Source of the DNA: a virus
Virus record (IMG/VR): IMGVR_UViG_3300028569_000028
Location: 16,012-80,011 of that record
DNA length: 64,000 bases
Direction: 5' to 3' (one strand)
Position 1 is the first letter of the stretch, and each line of letters opens with the position of its first letter. Shown piece by piece: positions 1-9,841 of this stretch. Both the position numbers and the translations under genes were made by a program. The notes below the pieces were generated by a model. The model was not told the DNA's origin, did not search any database, and saw only the letters and a program-made list of their open reading frames with translations.

Positions 1-474
1 GAGATTCAAGAAGTATTCGATATTCAAAAAGAAGTTCAGCTATTAAATGAATCTGGAGATCGACTAAGGGGTAAAATTGACTTTATTGCGAGTTTTAAAG
101 ATGATCCTAGCGCAAAGTTCATTATTGATAACAAAACCTCCTCAGAAGCTTATAAAGCAGATTCTGTGGCAAACAGCACTCAGCTTGCTATTTACTGCGA
201 AGCTGAGGCTTGTGATAGAGCTAGTTACGTTGTTATGGAAAAAAAGATGCGACTTAAAGAGCCAAAAGCAAGAACCCAGCTTATAAAAGACATTATCTCT
301 AATGAGCATAAGCAGAAAACATTTGACATTATAGAACAAAAGCTTAATAATATAGCCTGTGCAGAGTTTCATAAAAAGGACTCTCCAAAAGAATGCCACT
401 TTTTCGGCAAGCCTTGCGAGTTTTTTAATTTATGCTGGCATGGGAGAATGGATGGGATCAAAAAGAAAAATTAA
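1..474 (+). CDS. PD-(D/E)XK (RecB/Cas4-like) exonuclease, 5'-truncated by the window
   Basis: Frame is open from base 1: LRGKID...IIDNKT...QLAIY, with C-terminal cysteines (ECHFFGKPCEFFNLC). Confidence 0.8.
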   Translation, partial: EIQEVFDIQKEVQLLNESGDRLRGKIDFIASFKDDPSAKFIIDNKTSSEAYKADSVANSTQLAIYCEAEACDRASYVVMEKKMRLKEPKARTQLIKDIISNEHKQKTFDIIEQKLNNIACAEFHKKDSPKECHFFGKPCEFFNLCWHGRMDGIKKKN

Positions 475-667
475 AGTTGGAGATAATGTCCTTTGTATAC
501 AGGAATTACACGTGCCTAAATTTATTGGACATGTTTGGAAAGTTATAGAAATAGATACAGATAATGGTTTATATTACTGTATTAATCATAATATGATAGA
601 GCTTGAGTATGTTTTTCGTTTGGAGGAAATTGCTATAAATTCATCATTAATAAGGGAGTTATTGTGA
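452..667 (+). CDS. small SH3/KOW-like protein with C-terminal SSLIRELL tag
   Basis: Within ORF 359..667; likely start ATG 452 (MGSKRKIKVGDNV); ends SSLIRELL*. Confidence 0.7.
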   Translation: MGSKRKIKVGDNVLCIQELHVPKFIGHVWKVIEIDTDNGLYYCINHNMIELEYVFRLEEIAINSSLIRELL

Positions 668-831
668 CTTTTAAAAAAGGTGATAAAATTATAGACTTAC
701 CAAGTGGTAGGATATTCATAATTAAATATATGTTAGACAAAAAGCCCGTTGTTAATAATGGAGAATTTGATTTTCCACTTAGACTGGAAGTTGTTATAAA
801 ATGGAGTCCCTTAATGGAGGAATTGATATGA
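664..831 (+). CDS. 55-aa SH3-like protein with C-terminal SPLMEELI tag (absent from ORF track)
   Basis: GTG overlaps previous stop; MTFKKGDKIIDLPSGRIF...KWSPLMEELI*; stop overlaps next ATG at 828. Confidence 0.75.
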   Translation: MTFKKGDKIIDLPSGRIFIIKYMLDKKPVVNNGEFDFPLRLEVVIKWSPLMEELI

Positions 832-1166
832 GCGATTTAGAGAAGAAGTCCAAGAAAGAGCTATTGGACATTATTGACCAGCTTAAAGAAAAGCTAGGAG
901 AGATGCAAGGAGTTGAAGCTAAGCAAGAATCTTTAGAGCAAAGTTTGCCGGGAGTTGGCTTATCTGTTATTCAAGACAGAGATGGACTTTTCAAGATTCT
1001 GGAAATTTCATTTGACTTTGATTCAAAAGCCGCTACAATTACAAGTGTGACAAATGCCAACTCAACTGGGTATGACTATGCACTTTATGATGCAAAGAAA
1101 TTCTTGGTAGAACGAATTATGCATAAGTCTAATATTAACCATTTAAAGGAGAAAAAAAATGGATAA
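828..1166 (+). CDS. hypothetical protein, N-terminal coiled coil
   Basis: ORF 801..1166; ATG 828 preceded by GGAGG. Confidence 0.7.
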   Translation: MSDLEKKSKKELLDIIDQLKEKLGEMQGVEAKQESLEQSLPGVGLSVIQDRDGLFKILEISFDFDSKAATITSVTNANSTGYDYALYDAKKFLVERIMHKSNINHLKEKKNG

Positions 1167-1413
1167 GGAATTTGCTAAACGTCTTAAAAAGCTTGTGCCG
1201 GAAGATGGTGGATTTGATCTAAGTTTCAACCTATCTAACTCAGGTCAAGCTGGTAAGGTTGCATCTACTTTAAATCTTACAATCTTTTCAGCTGGTAAAG
1301 AAGGTAAAGGTCCAATCATTACAAAGAAAGTATCTATTCCAGCAATTGCTGCAACTATTGCCGAAGCTAATATTATTGCTTTGGAAGATACTCTAAGTCT
1401 GTTGGGGGTATAG
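1159..1413 (+). CDS. hypothetical protein
   Basis: ORF with AAGGAG SD, overlaps upstream gene. Confidence 0.65.
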   Translation: MDKEFAKRLKKLVPEDGGFDLSFNLSNSGQAGKVASTLNLTIFSAGKEGKGPIITKKVSIPAIAATIAEANIIALEDTLSLLGV

Positions 1414-1417
1414 TTAA

Positions 1418-2002
1418 GTGGACTTCCAAAAGAGAGAAAGCTTTAGAATAAATGTAATCTCCATGTTGGAAACAATATACGGTTTGGGTGAAGTCTGGGC
1501 ATTTCACCCAAGTTTTTTAAACATACTAGTATCTAATACAGGAAAAGCAAAAAACGCACTTACTGGAACTGAGTTTTCTATAAGAAAAACTTGGCAGGGG
1601 TATTGCGTTTGTAGTATTCCTACATTTCATACTACTGGAGTTAAAAAATCAAAAAGTTATTTAGTTCATAGATTAGTAGCAGAAACATTTTTTACTTTTT
1701 TGGTAAATGCAAAAGATTATGAAGTTAATCACATTTCTGGAGATAAATCAGATAATAGTGTTTATAATTTAAATTGGATGACTAGACAAGAAAATCTCCA
1801 ACATGCTAGAGATACTGGACTATTTAAATCGTGTTTTGGCTCAGCAAATGGTAGATTTAAGCATTTAGATTCTGATTTGAAAGATATTGTGGATTTAAAA
1901 AAACTAGGCTATACTTATACGGAGATTGCAAAATCGTATAATTTGAAGCCAACTTATATGTCTACCCTATTAAAAAGGAGGGGATTTTTATGTCAGGATT
2001 AA
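1418..2002 (+). CDS. HNH homing endonuclease
   Basis: VHRLVAETF...VNHISGDKSDNSVYNLNW motif plus C-terminal HTH-like region. Confidence 0.85.
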   Translation: MDFQKRESFRINVISMLETIYGLGEVWAFHPSFLNILVSNTGKAKNALTGTEFSIRKTWQGYCVCSIPTFHTTGVKKSKSYLVHRLVAETFFTFLVNAKDYEVNHISGDKSDNSVYNLNWMTRQENLQHARDTGLFKSCFGSANGRFKHLDSDLKDIVDLKKLGYTYTEIAKSYNLKPTYMSTLLKRRGFLCQD

Positions 2003-2610
2003 TTTACAAAAAAATGTCAGAGGTTATGCGAGACATTGGATCTATTGGGAAAGATCAAAAAAATCAAGCTCAAGGATTTAAATTTAGAGGTATTGATCAA
2101 TTTGTTAATTCTCTTTACCCAGCATTAACAAAACATGGAGTTTTTATGGCTCCTCGTTGTGTTAGTGAACAACATGAACTTAAAGAAGTTACTAGAGGTT
2201 CTGGTAAGGCTGGAGTGGATAAGCACGTTACAATTATGATGGAGTACGACTTCTTTGCTGAAGATGGTTCAAAAGTAACTGTCGGACCTATTCCTGCCGA
2301 AGGTTTGGATTCTGGGGATAAAGCTACAAATAAAGCTCTTTCAGCAGCTCTTAAGTATGCTCTTATTCAAACATTTGCTATTCCAACAGAGGATATGGCA
2401 GAGGCTGATTTGGAAAGTCCAGAAATTGGAAAACGCTTTTCAGCAAATGTCACGGTTACAACAATTTCAGCTCCCGTAACGAATAATGTTGCTAAGCTTG
2501 AAGAAAAGCCTGTAGAATCAACTCCAGCTGCGAGTCGTGGTTCGTTTCGTAAGAATCCCGCTAAAGACGTTGCGAATTCAGGAGCAACAATTCCCTCAGG
2601 AGATCTATAA
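1990..2610 (+). CDS. ERF-family single-strand annealing protein
   Basis: FKFRGIDQFVNSLYPAL...EGLDSGDKATNKALSAALKYAL, typical of ERF family. Confidence 0.85.
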   Translation: MSGLIYKKMSEVMRDIGSIGKDQKNQAQGFKFRGIDQFVNSLYPALTKHGVFMAPRCVSEQHELKEVTRGSGKAGVDKHVTIMMEYDFFAEDGSKVTVGPIPAEGLDSGDKATNKALSAALKYALIQTFAIPTEDMAEADLESPEIGKRFSANVTVTTISAPVTNNVAKLEEKPVESTPAASRGSFRKNPAKDVANSGATIPSGDL

Positions 2611-2966
2611 TGGAAAATGCTGGTAAAGTTATCTCTAAGAAAGAAGTAACAGAAACGCTTGTGAGAAACATTGTTTCAGATCAAGCTGAGTTTAAAGAAG
2701 TAAAGCAAGAACTTCGCCATGGGCAGAAAGATAGGCTTATGGATGCTATGACTAACTATCCCTTGCTTGATGAGGACTTCGATGAGTCTGAGCCTGAGCT
2801 TAGAACTGCCTTTGTAATTTGGAAGCGCATTTCAGATAGCTTGGTTGCTCTTGGAACAGAAGCAGCGATTGAGGGTATTATTAATGGTTTTGCAAGAAGT
2901 CAACAAACAAACGAAGCCAATGGCTTAACAGAAGGAGCAGCAAATGTCGAAACAACAGAAGGGTAA
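2610..2966 (+). CDS. hypothetical protein
   Basis: Coupled ORF with GGAG SD. Confidence 0.65.
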   Translation: MENAGKVISKKEVTETLVRNIVSDQAEFKEVKQELRHGQKDRLMDAMTNYPLLDEDFDESEPELRTAFVIWKRISDSLVALGTEAAIEGIINGFARSQQTNEANGLTEGAANVETTEG

Positions 2967-3285
2967 GTATGCTACAGTTGGAAGTCTAATTTTCCAATCT
3001 CAATTCGATGAGGAAGGTAATAGACTAGAAGGCGAATACAAGACCGATGATAAAGGTCGTAAGCTATATGCACTTAAACTTGATAAAAACACGGAAGTAA
3101 TTATCAATGGTGTAAATATGTCTGGAAAAGTTCTTTATGTTTCTCGTCCAGAAACAAAGCTTACACGACTTCTCGACAAGGGAGTTATTGATAAAAAAGA
3201 ATTTGATAAGAAGGTTGCTGACTTTGGTCCGGGTGGACGACTAGAGTTTGTCCAGATGGAAATTGTTGCTGATCTTGAGAAATAA
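2944..3285 (+). CDS. hypothetical protein (possible ssDNA-binding protein)
   Basis: ORF with GGAG SD in the recombination cluster; function inferred from position only. Confidence 0.5.
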   Translation: MSKQQKGKYATVGSLIFQSQFDEEGNRLEGEYKTDDKGRKLYALKLDKNTEVIINGVNMSGKVLYVSRPETKLTRLLDKGVIDKKEFDKKVADFGPGGRLEFVQMEIVADLEK

Positions 3286-3317
3286 AAAAAGGGGGCTGAA
3301 AAGCCCCTTTCTTCTTT
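3285..3317 (+). terminator. Rho-independent terminator
   Basis: GGGGCT-GAAA-AGCCCC hairpin, T-rich tail, A-tract upstream. Confidence 0.8.
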
Positions 3318-3326
3318 GGAGTTTTC

Positions 3327-3551
3327 ATGAAGTTTAAAATTGGACCTTTTCGACAAGCACATAAAACGTTTGTACAAGAGAGATATATAAAAGATGGTAT
3401 GGATTCTTTAGCTTTATATTGTGCTGTTAGTTTATGTCCAGTAATTGCAGCTTATACCTATTGTCAAGAAATCGATCCAGATAATTCTGAGTTGACGAGA
3501 AGAATTGAAAGTGTTAAGCTTTTTTATGGAATCGAAGAGGTAGAAGAATGA
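3327..3551 (+). CDS. hypothetical protein
   Basis: GGAG SD; coupled to next gene. Confidence 0.65.
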   Translation: MKFKIGPFRQAHKTFVQERYIKDGMDSLALYCAVSLCPVIAAYTYCQEIDPDNSELTRRIESVKLFYGIEEVEE

Positions 3552-3757
3552 AGCCGGGAAGATATATTATTTTAGAAAAAACTGCGTTCTGGGTTCATTC
3601 TGATTTTGACATGTTGGATATTTTAGAAATAACCGAGAAAGAAATAAAGTATGAGTATGTTGGAGATAAGGATAAGATTGTAAGGTGTAGGTATTATGTA
3701 GAATTTATACAACTTAAACTTGCTCCGCATTCACCACTAATGGAAGAATTAATTTAG
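3548..3757 (+). CDS. small protein with C-terminal SPLMEELI tag
   Basis: Ends APHSPLMEELI*. Confidence 0.7.
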   Translation: MKPGRYIILEKTAFWVHSDFDMLDILEITEKEIKYEYVGDKDKIVRCRYYVEFIQLKLAPHSPLMEELI

Positions 3758-3764
3758 GAGAATT

Positions 3765-4796
3765 ATGATTGAAACGAAGGAAAAAATACAAATGACTAAC
3801 TTCAATGATAAAAGAAAGCAACAGATGGGTGTGCGTTCAATGGCAGACCTTCGTCGTTCCGGTAAGGTAACTGGGGGACTTAATACAAAGCTTTTTGTAA
3901 ACGGTCCTGTAGAGTTTGACTGCTTAAAAAATCAATGGAGCAGGCAGGAAATGCTTGGAGTTATCGGAGATTCTGGAGTAGGAAAATCAGAAGTAGTGCT
4001 TTGTTTTTTTAAAGAGATTCTTTTGAACAATCCTAATTCTTGTGCGGTATATGTTTCTCTTGAAATGACTGACGAGAAAATTTCCCAGCGTTGGTACAAG
4101 CTAACAGAAGATTGTCCTGAAGTTTCGGAAAGACTATATGTAATTTCTCGCTACGACGAAAATGGTAAAAGTCGAGAAGTTTCTATGGGCTGGATTAAGA
4201 AAGAGCTTGTTAAGTATCGTGAAGTCATTGGAGATGTTGTTTCGTTTGCCATTGACCATATTCACTGCTTAGGAGAGAATGACCCTTCTACTCTAAACTC
4301 GATTATGATTACGTTAAAAGAAATGGCAGTGGAGATGAATGCTTTTGGAATTGCCATGGCACAAGTTAATAAAGGCGCAGGACAGAAGGGCGAAGTTCCT
4401 CTGGATTCGGATGCAGTACTTGGATGTTCACAATTCAAATATATTTGTAGTGACATTATGCAAATTCACCGTCCTATTTTAAGGCTAGAGGAAGATGCCA
4501 AGATGTCAATAATGGGTTGGGGCTATTGCAAGATTCGAGAGGCTGATAAAGCTGATAAAGTTAAGCGTGGTCAAAACAAGCTTCTGGCTTATGACATTGA
4601 CACTCGAAGTTTCAAGAAGATGTCTACTCCAGAGTATTCTACTTTTAAGCTATATTATAATGAGCTTTTAGAAATGAAATCTGCGGAAGAAAAACACAAG
4701 AGCTTTACTTATGACTTGGTGAAAGAAGTTGTGAGTCCAAATGGAAAGGTTGTTATAATTACAGAGAAGTTTAGTGGAGATTCGGGGGATTTATAA
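3765..4796 (+). CDS. DnaB/RecA-fold replicative helicase
   Basis: Walker A GDSGVGKS, YVSLEM, IDHIH and AMAQV motifs of SF4 helicases. Confidence 0.85.
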   Translation: MIETKEKIQMTNFNDKRKQQMGVRSMADLRRSGKVTGGLNTKLFVNGPVEFDCLKNQWSRQEMLGVIGDSGVGKSEVVLCFFKEILLNNPNSCAVYVSLEMTDEKISQRWYKLTEDCPEVSERLYVISRYDENGKSREVSMGWIKKELVKYREVIGDVVSFAIDHIHCLGENDPSTLNSIMITLKEMAVEMNAFGIAMAQVNKGAGQKGEVPLDSDAVLGCSQFKYICSDIMQIHRPILRLEEDAKMSIMGWGYCKIREADKADKVKRGQNKLLAYDIDTRSFKKMSTPEYSTFKLYYNELLEMKSAEEKHKSFTYDLVKEVVSPNGKVVIITEKFSGDSGDL

Positions 4797-5647
4797 TGAA
4801 GCTTAGTATTTTTTCTAAGGTAAACTACCTACCAAAGAATAAAGATGATAAGATTGCCCAGTCTAAACTTGCGTCTAATCCTAACCTTCCACAAGTAATT
4901 GAGATTACTACTGATGAGGATTTGATTAAGGCTGTAACATCTTATGGATGGAGTCCGAGTATTTTCTCAAGCTTTAGACATAATGATAATTTTATTTCTA
5001 CTGACTTTATGAGCTTAGACGTTGATTCTGGGTTAACTATAGAAGAAGCTGAGAAGCGTGTGCAAAGACTTGGAGTGGCTTGCTTATGCCTTCCAAGTCC
5101 GAGCTTTACCCCAGAGTTTCATAAGTTCCGACTAATATTTCCACTGGCTAAGACTATTCTTAACAAAGATGACTTTGATGCTACGTGGGATTGGTTACAA
5201 GAACAATTACCAGAACTTGACGCACAATGCTCTGACTATGCTCGTTGGTACGCTCCTTCCAAGATGGAAGCTGGCTTTTGGCAAGATGGAGAATTCCTTA
5301 TGCCAAAGAAAGCTCCACAAGCTGTAGCAAGTTCCCTAAGCCACGCAGAAGCTCAGGTAATTGTCCCAGAAGAGCTTTCAGAGATTGTTAAGCTTTTGTA
5401 TGGCAAAGAACGAGAAACCATTTCTGAGTCTGTGGAGTTCTTTCTAACTAATGCAGGGACAGGATTGCCGGGACTCTGGATCAATGCGCTAAATAGTTGC
5501 ACCTTCTCTCTTGCCTTATCTGGGGTTGATGATACAATAATTGAGGAAGTCATTGATAAGATTTCTCCAGAACCTTTGGATAAGCGCGACCTATACCAAA
5601 TTAACAGGGCTATACGAGATGGAAAAAAAGCTAGAGAAAAGATGTAA
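4796..5647 (+). CDS. primase (AEP/prim-pol-like)
   Basis: SLDVDSG DxD motif, HKFRLIFPL, adjacent to helicase. Confidence 0.7.
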   Translation: MKLSIFSKVNYLPKNKDDKIAQSKLASNPNLPQVIEITTDEDLIKAVTSYGWSPSIFSSFRHNDNFISTDFMSLDVDSGLTIEEAEKRVQRLGVACLCLPSPSFTPEFHKFRLIFPLAKTILNKDDFDATWDWLQEQLPELDAQCSDYARWYAPSKMEAGFWQDGEFLMPKKAPQAVASSLSHAEAQVIVPEELSEIVKLLYGKERETISESVEFFLTNAGTGLPGLWINALNSCTFSLALSGVDDTIIEEVIDKISPEPLDKRDLYQINRAIRDGKKAREKM

Positions 5648-5840
5648 GGTGGATGATTTTAAGGTTGGCTCCAAGTACCGTTGTGGTTTACATACCTTTT
5701 ATGTAACTAATATTGACAGCATACACGGATGTGTGTATATTAAGTGGATTAAAGATAATGCTCAAGGTCTTATTTATCTTGGTAGTGAGTTCTATTCCTA
5801 TGAAGTTCCACTATCATCCTTAGAAAAGGAGTTACTTTGA
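5541..5840 (+). CDS. small SH3-like protein with C-terminal SSLEKELL tag (true start probably 5619 or 5649)
   Basis: FKVGSKY start region; ends PLSSLEKELL*. Confidence 0.65.
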   Translation: MRKSLIRFLQNLWISATYTKLTGLYEMEKKLEKRCKVDDFKVGSKYRCGLHTFYVTNIDSIHGCVYIKWIKDNAQGLIYLGSEFYSYEVPLSSLEKELL

Positions 5841-6088
5841 AAGACTCGCTAATTGACTATAATGATATATCATTTGAAAACCTAACTATGAAAATGGATC
5901 TTGAAGGACTTAGCGATGATATATTACTAGAAGAGTGTAATTTTATATTAAGCGGTCAATATGAAAGTGAACTTATGGATAACGTACTTGCCAATTACTT
6001 TAAAACCGGTAGCATTAGTAAACAAGAGCGTATGGTAGCAGAAGCTCTTTATATACTAGCTAACGGAGAACTTGCATGGGAAATTTAA
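5837..6088 (+). CDS. hypothetical acidic protein
   Basis: Coupled ORF, AAGGAG SD. Confidence 0.6.
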   Translation: MKDSLIDYNDISFENLTMKMDLEGLSDDILLEECNFILSGQYESELMDNVLANYFKTGSISKQERMVAEALYILANGELAWEI

Positions 6089-6306
6089 AAGTTGGCGATG
6101 ATATTATAGTTACAAAAGTATTGTGTATTGCTACAGCAATAAAAGCTAAATCAATAATTGGAACTAAACATAAAATTATTCAATTAGATTTTGTAGATTT
6201 TATAAGCTTCCAATTTCAAACGTATCCGTATCAGATATTAGTAAAAGGTACTACTTTCTGGGTGGAAGGAATTCCTTACAGTTCTTTAATGGAGGAGTTA
6301 TTTTGA
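6076..6306 (+). CDS. small SH3-like protein with C-terminal SSLMEELF tag
   Basis: LKVGDDI start; ends PYSSLMEELF*. Confidence 0.7.
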   Translation: MGNLKVGDDIIVTKVLCIATAIKAKSIIGTKHKIIQLDFVDFISFQFQTYPYQILVKGTTFWVEGIPYSSLMEELF

Positions 6307-7712
6307 AAGATTCTTATCATATTTCTGATAGCATTGCTTATTCCGAATTACGTTCTCTTATATTAGAGGACAAGGAACCTTTTCAACTCAAGCCTGATAA
6401 AATTGAAACAAAAGATTACGAGTTTACATTCGCAGAAACTTATAAGCCTTTTCTAAAAGAATTACAGTATCAAGATGATATCATTTTTGGTAAAGATAAA
6501 ACTTTAGAAATTGTGGCTATTGAATTGCAAGATAATAATGCCATTCTATTCAAACTGGATGGTTCTGTAGAGGTACGTCCAGCTAAGTTTTGGCTTTTAT
6601 CATCAACAAAGATCGACCTTAATTTTAAAAGACTGGAAGGTAATCTCCATTACAAGTACATTAGGTATTTCTCATCTTATGAGCAATTCTGCAAATATAT
6701 GCAAATGTTTATGGGTATGAGAAAAGATGTCTATGGTGTATGGAATGCTCGTGAGCAATTTATGCTTCACGAAGGAATAACGCTTTATAAGGGACTTCAG
6801 CCACAGGATTTAGGTGTACTGGCTTTTGATATTGAGTCTGATGGATTAACAAAGCATTCCGGTAGCCAAGTTTATCTTATTACAAATAGCTATCGCAAAA
6901 AAGACCTGCATATTAAAAAGCACTTCAGACTCGACCATTACAAAGATTGTGGCGAACTTATTGATGCTTGGACTGAATGGCTAAGAGAAATTGATCCAGA
7001 TATTATTAACTTCTGGAACGGATATGGTTATGACTTACCCTATCTTGAGCATGTTGCAGGACTTTATGACACAAGCCTAAAGCTTGGGCGTGATGGTTCA
7101 AATGTCCAATTTAAGAAGAAAGCCTCTCAGAAGCGCGTGGACGGAAATACAAGTTGGGACTACTTTAAAGCTCATATCTATGGTAGACAAATTATTGATG
7201 GTCAATTTGTAGCATTAAACTATGGCGTTGGTAAGGGATATCCAAGTTGGGGGTTAAAGCCTATCGCTGAAGCTGAAGGCTTTGTTACGCCTGATAGACA
7301 ATTCTATGATGCTTCTCAAATTCATAAAAACTGGGGAATTCCAGAAGAGCGTGAGAAAATTATCCAGTATGGTATCGATGACTCAGAGGATACAATTAAT
7401 TTATACTTCCGAATGATTACTTCCTATTTTTATACAGCTGTATCAACAGCTATGCCATTTGAAGAAATGCTACAAGGAGCTACTGGTAAATGGGTAAATT
7501 CAGTTCTTGTGCGGGGATATCTCCAGCGTGGATATTCTATTCCTAAAGCTTCTGAACCGCAAAGAGTAGCTGGTGGTATGAGTTATGGAATTCCGGGAAT
7601 CTATTCCAATGTTCTAAAGTATGATGCTGCCAGTTACTATCCTAGCACTATCCTAAGTTTAATATTCACAATTCAGAAAAAGATCCTGACAATATATTTG
7701 TTAAGACTGTAA
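6303..7712 (+). CDS. family B DNA polymerase, N-terminal part (3'-5' exonuclease + motif A); frameshift at ~7658
   Basis: ExoI AFDIESDG, ExoII WNGYGYDLPYL, ExoIII YGIDDS, motif A YDAASYYPS. Confidence 0.9.
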   Translation: MKDSYHISDSIAYSELRSLILEDKEPFQLKPDKIETKDYEFTFAETYKPFLKELQYQDDIIFGKDKTLEIVAIELQDNNAILFKLDGSVEVRPAKFWLLSSTKIDLNFKRLEGNLHYKYIRYFSSYEQFCKYMQMFMGMRKDVYGVWNAREQFMLHEGITLYKGLQPQDLGVLAFDIESDGLTKHSGSQVYLITNSYRKKDLHIKKHFRLDHYKDCGELIDAWTEWLREIDPDIINFWNGYGYDLPYLEHVAGLYDTSLKLGRDGSNVQFKKKASQKRVDGNTSWDYFKAHIYGRQIIDGQFVALNYGVGKGYPSWGLKPIAEAEGFVTPDRQFYDASQIHKNWGIPEEREKIIQYGIDDSEDTINLYFRMITSYFYTAVSTAMPFEEMLQGATGKWVNSVLVRGYLQRGYSIPKASEPQRVAGGMSYGIPGIYSNVLKYDAASYYPSTILSLIFTIQKKILTIYLLRL

Positions 7713-8767
7713 AATACTTTACCGAAGCTCGACTAAATAATAAGAAGCTATTTAAAGAAACTGGAGATAAGTATTATGATGATTTACAGGCTGCTGGTAA
7801 AATCTTCATTAACTCAAGTTATGGAGTTTTAGGGACTCCCGGCTTGAACTTTAACTCTTTTGAACACGCAGCAGAAATTACCCGATGTTGCAGAGCTGGA
7901 CTTAGCAAGGCTGTAATCTGGGCAACAGGTTATGATATTACTCACTGGTGGAAAGAATATAAGGAAGAACAAGATTATGAAGACTTTTCTCACATTGATA
8001 TACAAACTAAAGTTAGCTTTGATAATATGCCTAGAAATAATTACATCCTTGTTAACCTCGATACCGACTCACTCTCTTTCGCTAAAAATGACCACAGCAG
8101 CTTTTCTGAGGAAGAGAAGCGAAGTATTGAAGAGCAACTTAAAGGAATAATGTATTGCGATTGGGAAGACGATGGTGAATATGACCGAGTGATTGTTTCC
8201 AAGGCTAAGAACTATGTTTTACTTCCCAAGGGTGAAAAGAAGTTTAAAACTAAAGGTTCAAGCTTTGTTGATAGTAAGAAAGAACCGGCATTGTTATCTA
8301 TGCTCCAAGAACTTCTTAAGAGCTTGGTTTTTAATGAAGGAAAGGAGCTGGAGGTTTATAATAGGTATTGCAAAGAAACCTTAGCCATTTCAAATATTTC
8401 TCGTTGGGCTGTAAAAAAGTCTGTGACTAAAAAGCTGTTAACTGGAACTAGGAAAAATGAAACTAAGGTTTTAGAAGCTTTAGACTCGGATGCTAGAGAA
8501 GGTGATAAAGTTTGGGTTTATAACGCAGTTGATGGAGAGGTTCAAGTTGAAGCAAAAGGTGAACTTCAGTTCTACAAGGATGGTCGTCCCAAGATGGAAG
8601 CAAACCGAGTTCTTAGAAATGTAAAACGCTTTGATGGAAATTATGACAAGGATCATTATTTAAGCAGAGTTTATGCCACTATAAGAATTTTAGAAAATGT
8701 TCTTGATATGTCACAGTTCTTGGATTACTCTAAACCTAAGAATGCTAAACTCAAGGAGAGTTTGTGA
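7661..8767 (+). CDS. family B DNA polymerase, C-terminal part (-1 frame; ORF track start 7844)
   Basis: -1 frame is open from 7646 and carries motif B KIFINSSYG, motif C LDTDS and KNY. Confidence 0.9.
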   Translation, partial: NIHNSEKDPDNIFVKTVKYFTEARLNNKKLFKETGDKYYDDLQAAGKIFINSSYGVLGTPGLNFNSFEHAAEITRCCRAGLSKAVIWATGYDITHWWKEYKEEQDYEDFSHIDIQTKVSFDNMPRNNYILVNLDTDSLSFAKNDHSSFSEEEKRSIEEQLKGIMYCDWEDDGEYDRVIVSKAKNYVLLPKGEKKFKTKGSSFVDSKKEPALLSMLQELLKSLVFNEGKELEVYNRYCKETLAISNISRWAVKKSVTKKLLTGTRKNETKVLEALDSDAREGDKVWVYNAVDGEVQVEAKGELQFYKDGRPKMEANRVLRNVKRFDGNYDKDHYLSRVYATIRILENVLDMSQFLDYSKPKNAKLKESL

Positions 8768-9162
8768 TATTAGTGTCTAAAGAAAAGATTAAAAAATGGA
8801 ATAGTTATAGAAGTAGAGCTTTAAAGAAAAATATACCTTTTACATTAAGTGAAGATTTATTTTTTATAGCACTTCATACTCAATGTTTTATTTGCGGAAA
8901 AAACGGTCAGAACAATGAGTTAGGTTTAGATAGACTTAACAATAATTCTGGATATATATCAGGAAATATAGCCCCTTGTTGTTGGGAATGCAATAGAGTT
9001 AAAAGTAACCTAAGTGGTAAGGATTTTCTTAAGTGGTTAAAAAGACTACAACCAAAACATCCCTTAATAACAAAAGGTCATTGTCAACCTAAAGGCTATT
9101 TGAATGGTCAATTTGTTTATATTGATATAAAAATAAATCCTGAATTATTAAAACAAATATAA
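8764..9162 (+). CDS. HNH-type endonuclease
   Basis: CFICG...GLDRLNNNSGYISGNIAPCCWECN. Confidence 0.8.
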   Translation: MILVSKEKIKKWNSYRSRALKKNIPFTLSEDLFFIALHTQCFICGKNGQNNELGLDRLNNNSGYISGNIAPCCWECNRVKSNLSGKDFLKWLKRLQPKHPLITKGHCQPKGYLNGQFVYIDIKINPELLKQI

Positions 9163-9163
9163 C

Positions 9164-9193
9164 TTGACATATAATTTCGCTTTAGTGTAAACT
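9164..9193 (+). promoter_or_regulatory. sigma70-like promoter
   Basis: TTGACA-18nt-TAAACT in an intergenic gap upstream of AGGAG/GTG 9211. Confidence 0.55.
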
Positions 9194-9210
9194 GCCCGAT
9201 AGGAGCTATC

Positions 9211-9372
9211 GTGGAAATACTACAAACAATCGCTTTACTGTGTCAACTTAGTGGAGCTGGAGTTTATGCAGAAGAAGCACAGCTACGCTGTCAAAAGTAT
9301 TATGTTAAATGTTTAGACCCACTTAATGCTGGCTATAAAACCTTAGCCAAATGTATACTGGAGAAAAAATGA
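9211..9372 (+). CDS. 53-aa Cys-containing protein (absent from ORF track)
   Basis: AGGAG SD; MEILQTIALLCQ...KCILEKK*; coupled to next ATG. Confidence 0.6.
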   Translation: MEILQTIALLCQLSGAGVYAEEAQLRCQKYYVKCLDPLNAGYKTLAKCILEKK

Positions 9373-9689
9373 ACTTAAAAATTGGCGATAAAGTAAAAAT
9401 GACAAAGAAAGGCTTTAAATTCTACGGCAATATAGAAATCACATTCGATATGAATCAAATTGATGGAAAGATGATTTATGAGCATTTTGAATCAGCTCTT
9501 TGTGAATCCAAAGCTATTCATGGTATTGGTACTGTTAAAAGATTCAACGATCTAAACGAACCTTATGTTCTTTGGGAAAATAGTTTAGATGGAATAAGGT
9601 ATTTCTACACTCACTACTTTGAACTAAAAGATGTAAGAAAGCTTAATTTCTTTGACAGACTTAAAGCTAAACTAAAGAGTTTACTATGA
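9351..9689 (+). CDS. hypothetical SH3-like protein (start probably 9369)
   Basis: MNLKIGDKVK start. Confidence 0.65.
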   Translation: MYTGEKMNLKIGDKVKMTKKGFKFYGNIEITFDMNQIDGKMIYEHFESALCESKAIHGIGTVKRFNDLNEPYVLWENSLDGIRYFYTHYFELKDVRKLNFFDRLKAKLKSLL

Positions 9690-9841
9690 TTATTTTGCTT
9701 AAACTAGCACTTAGCTTTTTCATTGGTAAAGTTATTGGGAAGTATTGCCATAAAAATGAACTTAGCCCATTTTTGGGTATTGCGTTAACTGTAGCGTGTG
9801 TTCTTGCTACTTGTGTAATAATTGATAAGATGATTTTATGA
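9686..9841 (+). CDS. 51-aa two-TM membrane protein (absent from ORF track)
   Basis: MIILLKLALSFFIG...FLGIALTVACVLATCVII; overlaps both neighbours. Confidence 0.55.
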   Translation: MIILLKLALSFFIGKVIGKYCHKNELSPFLGIALTVACVLATCVIIDKMIL

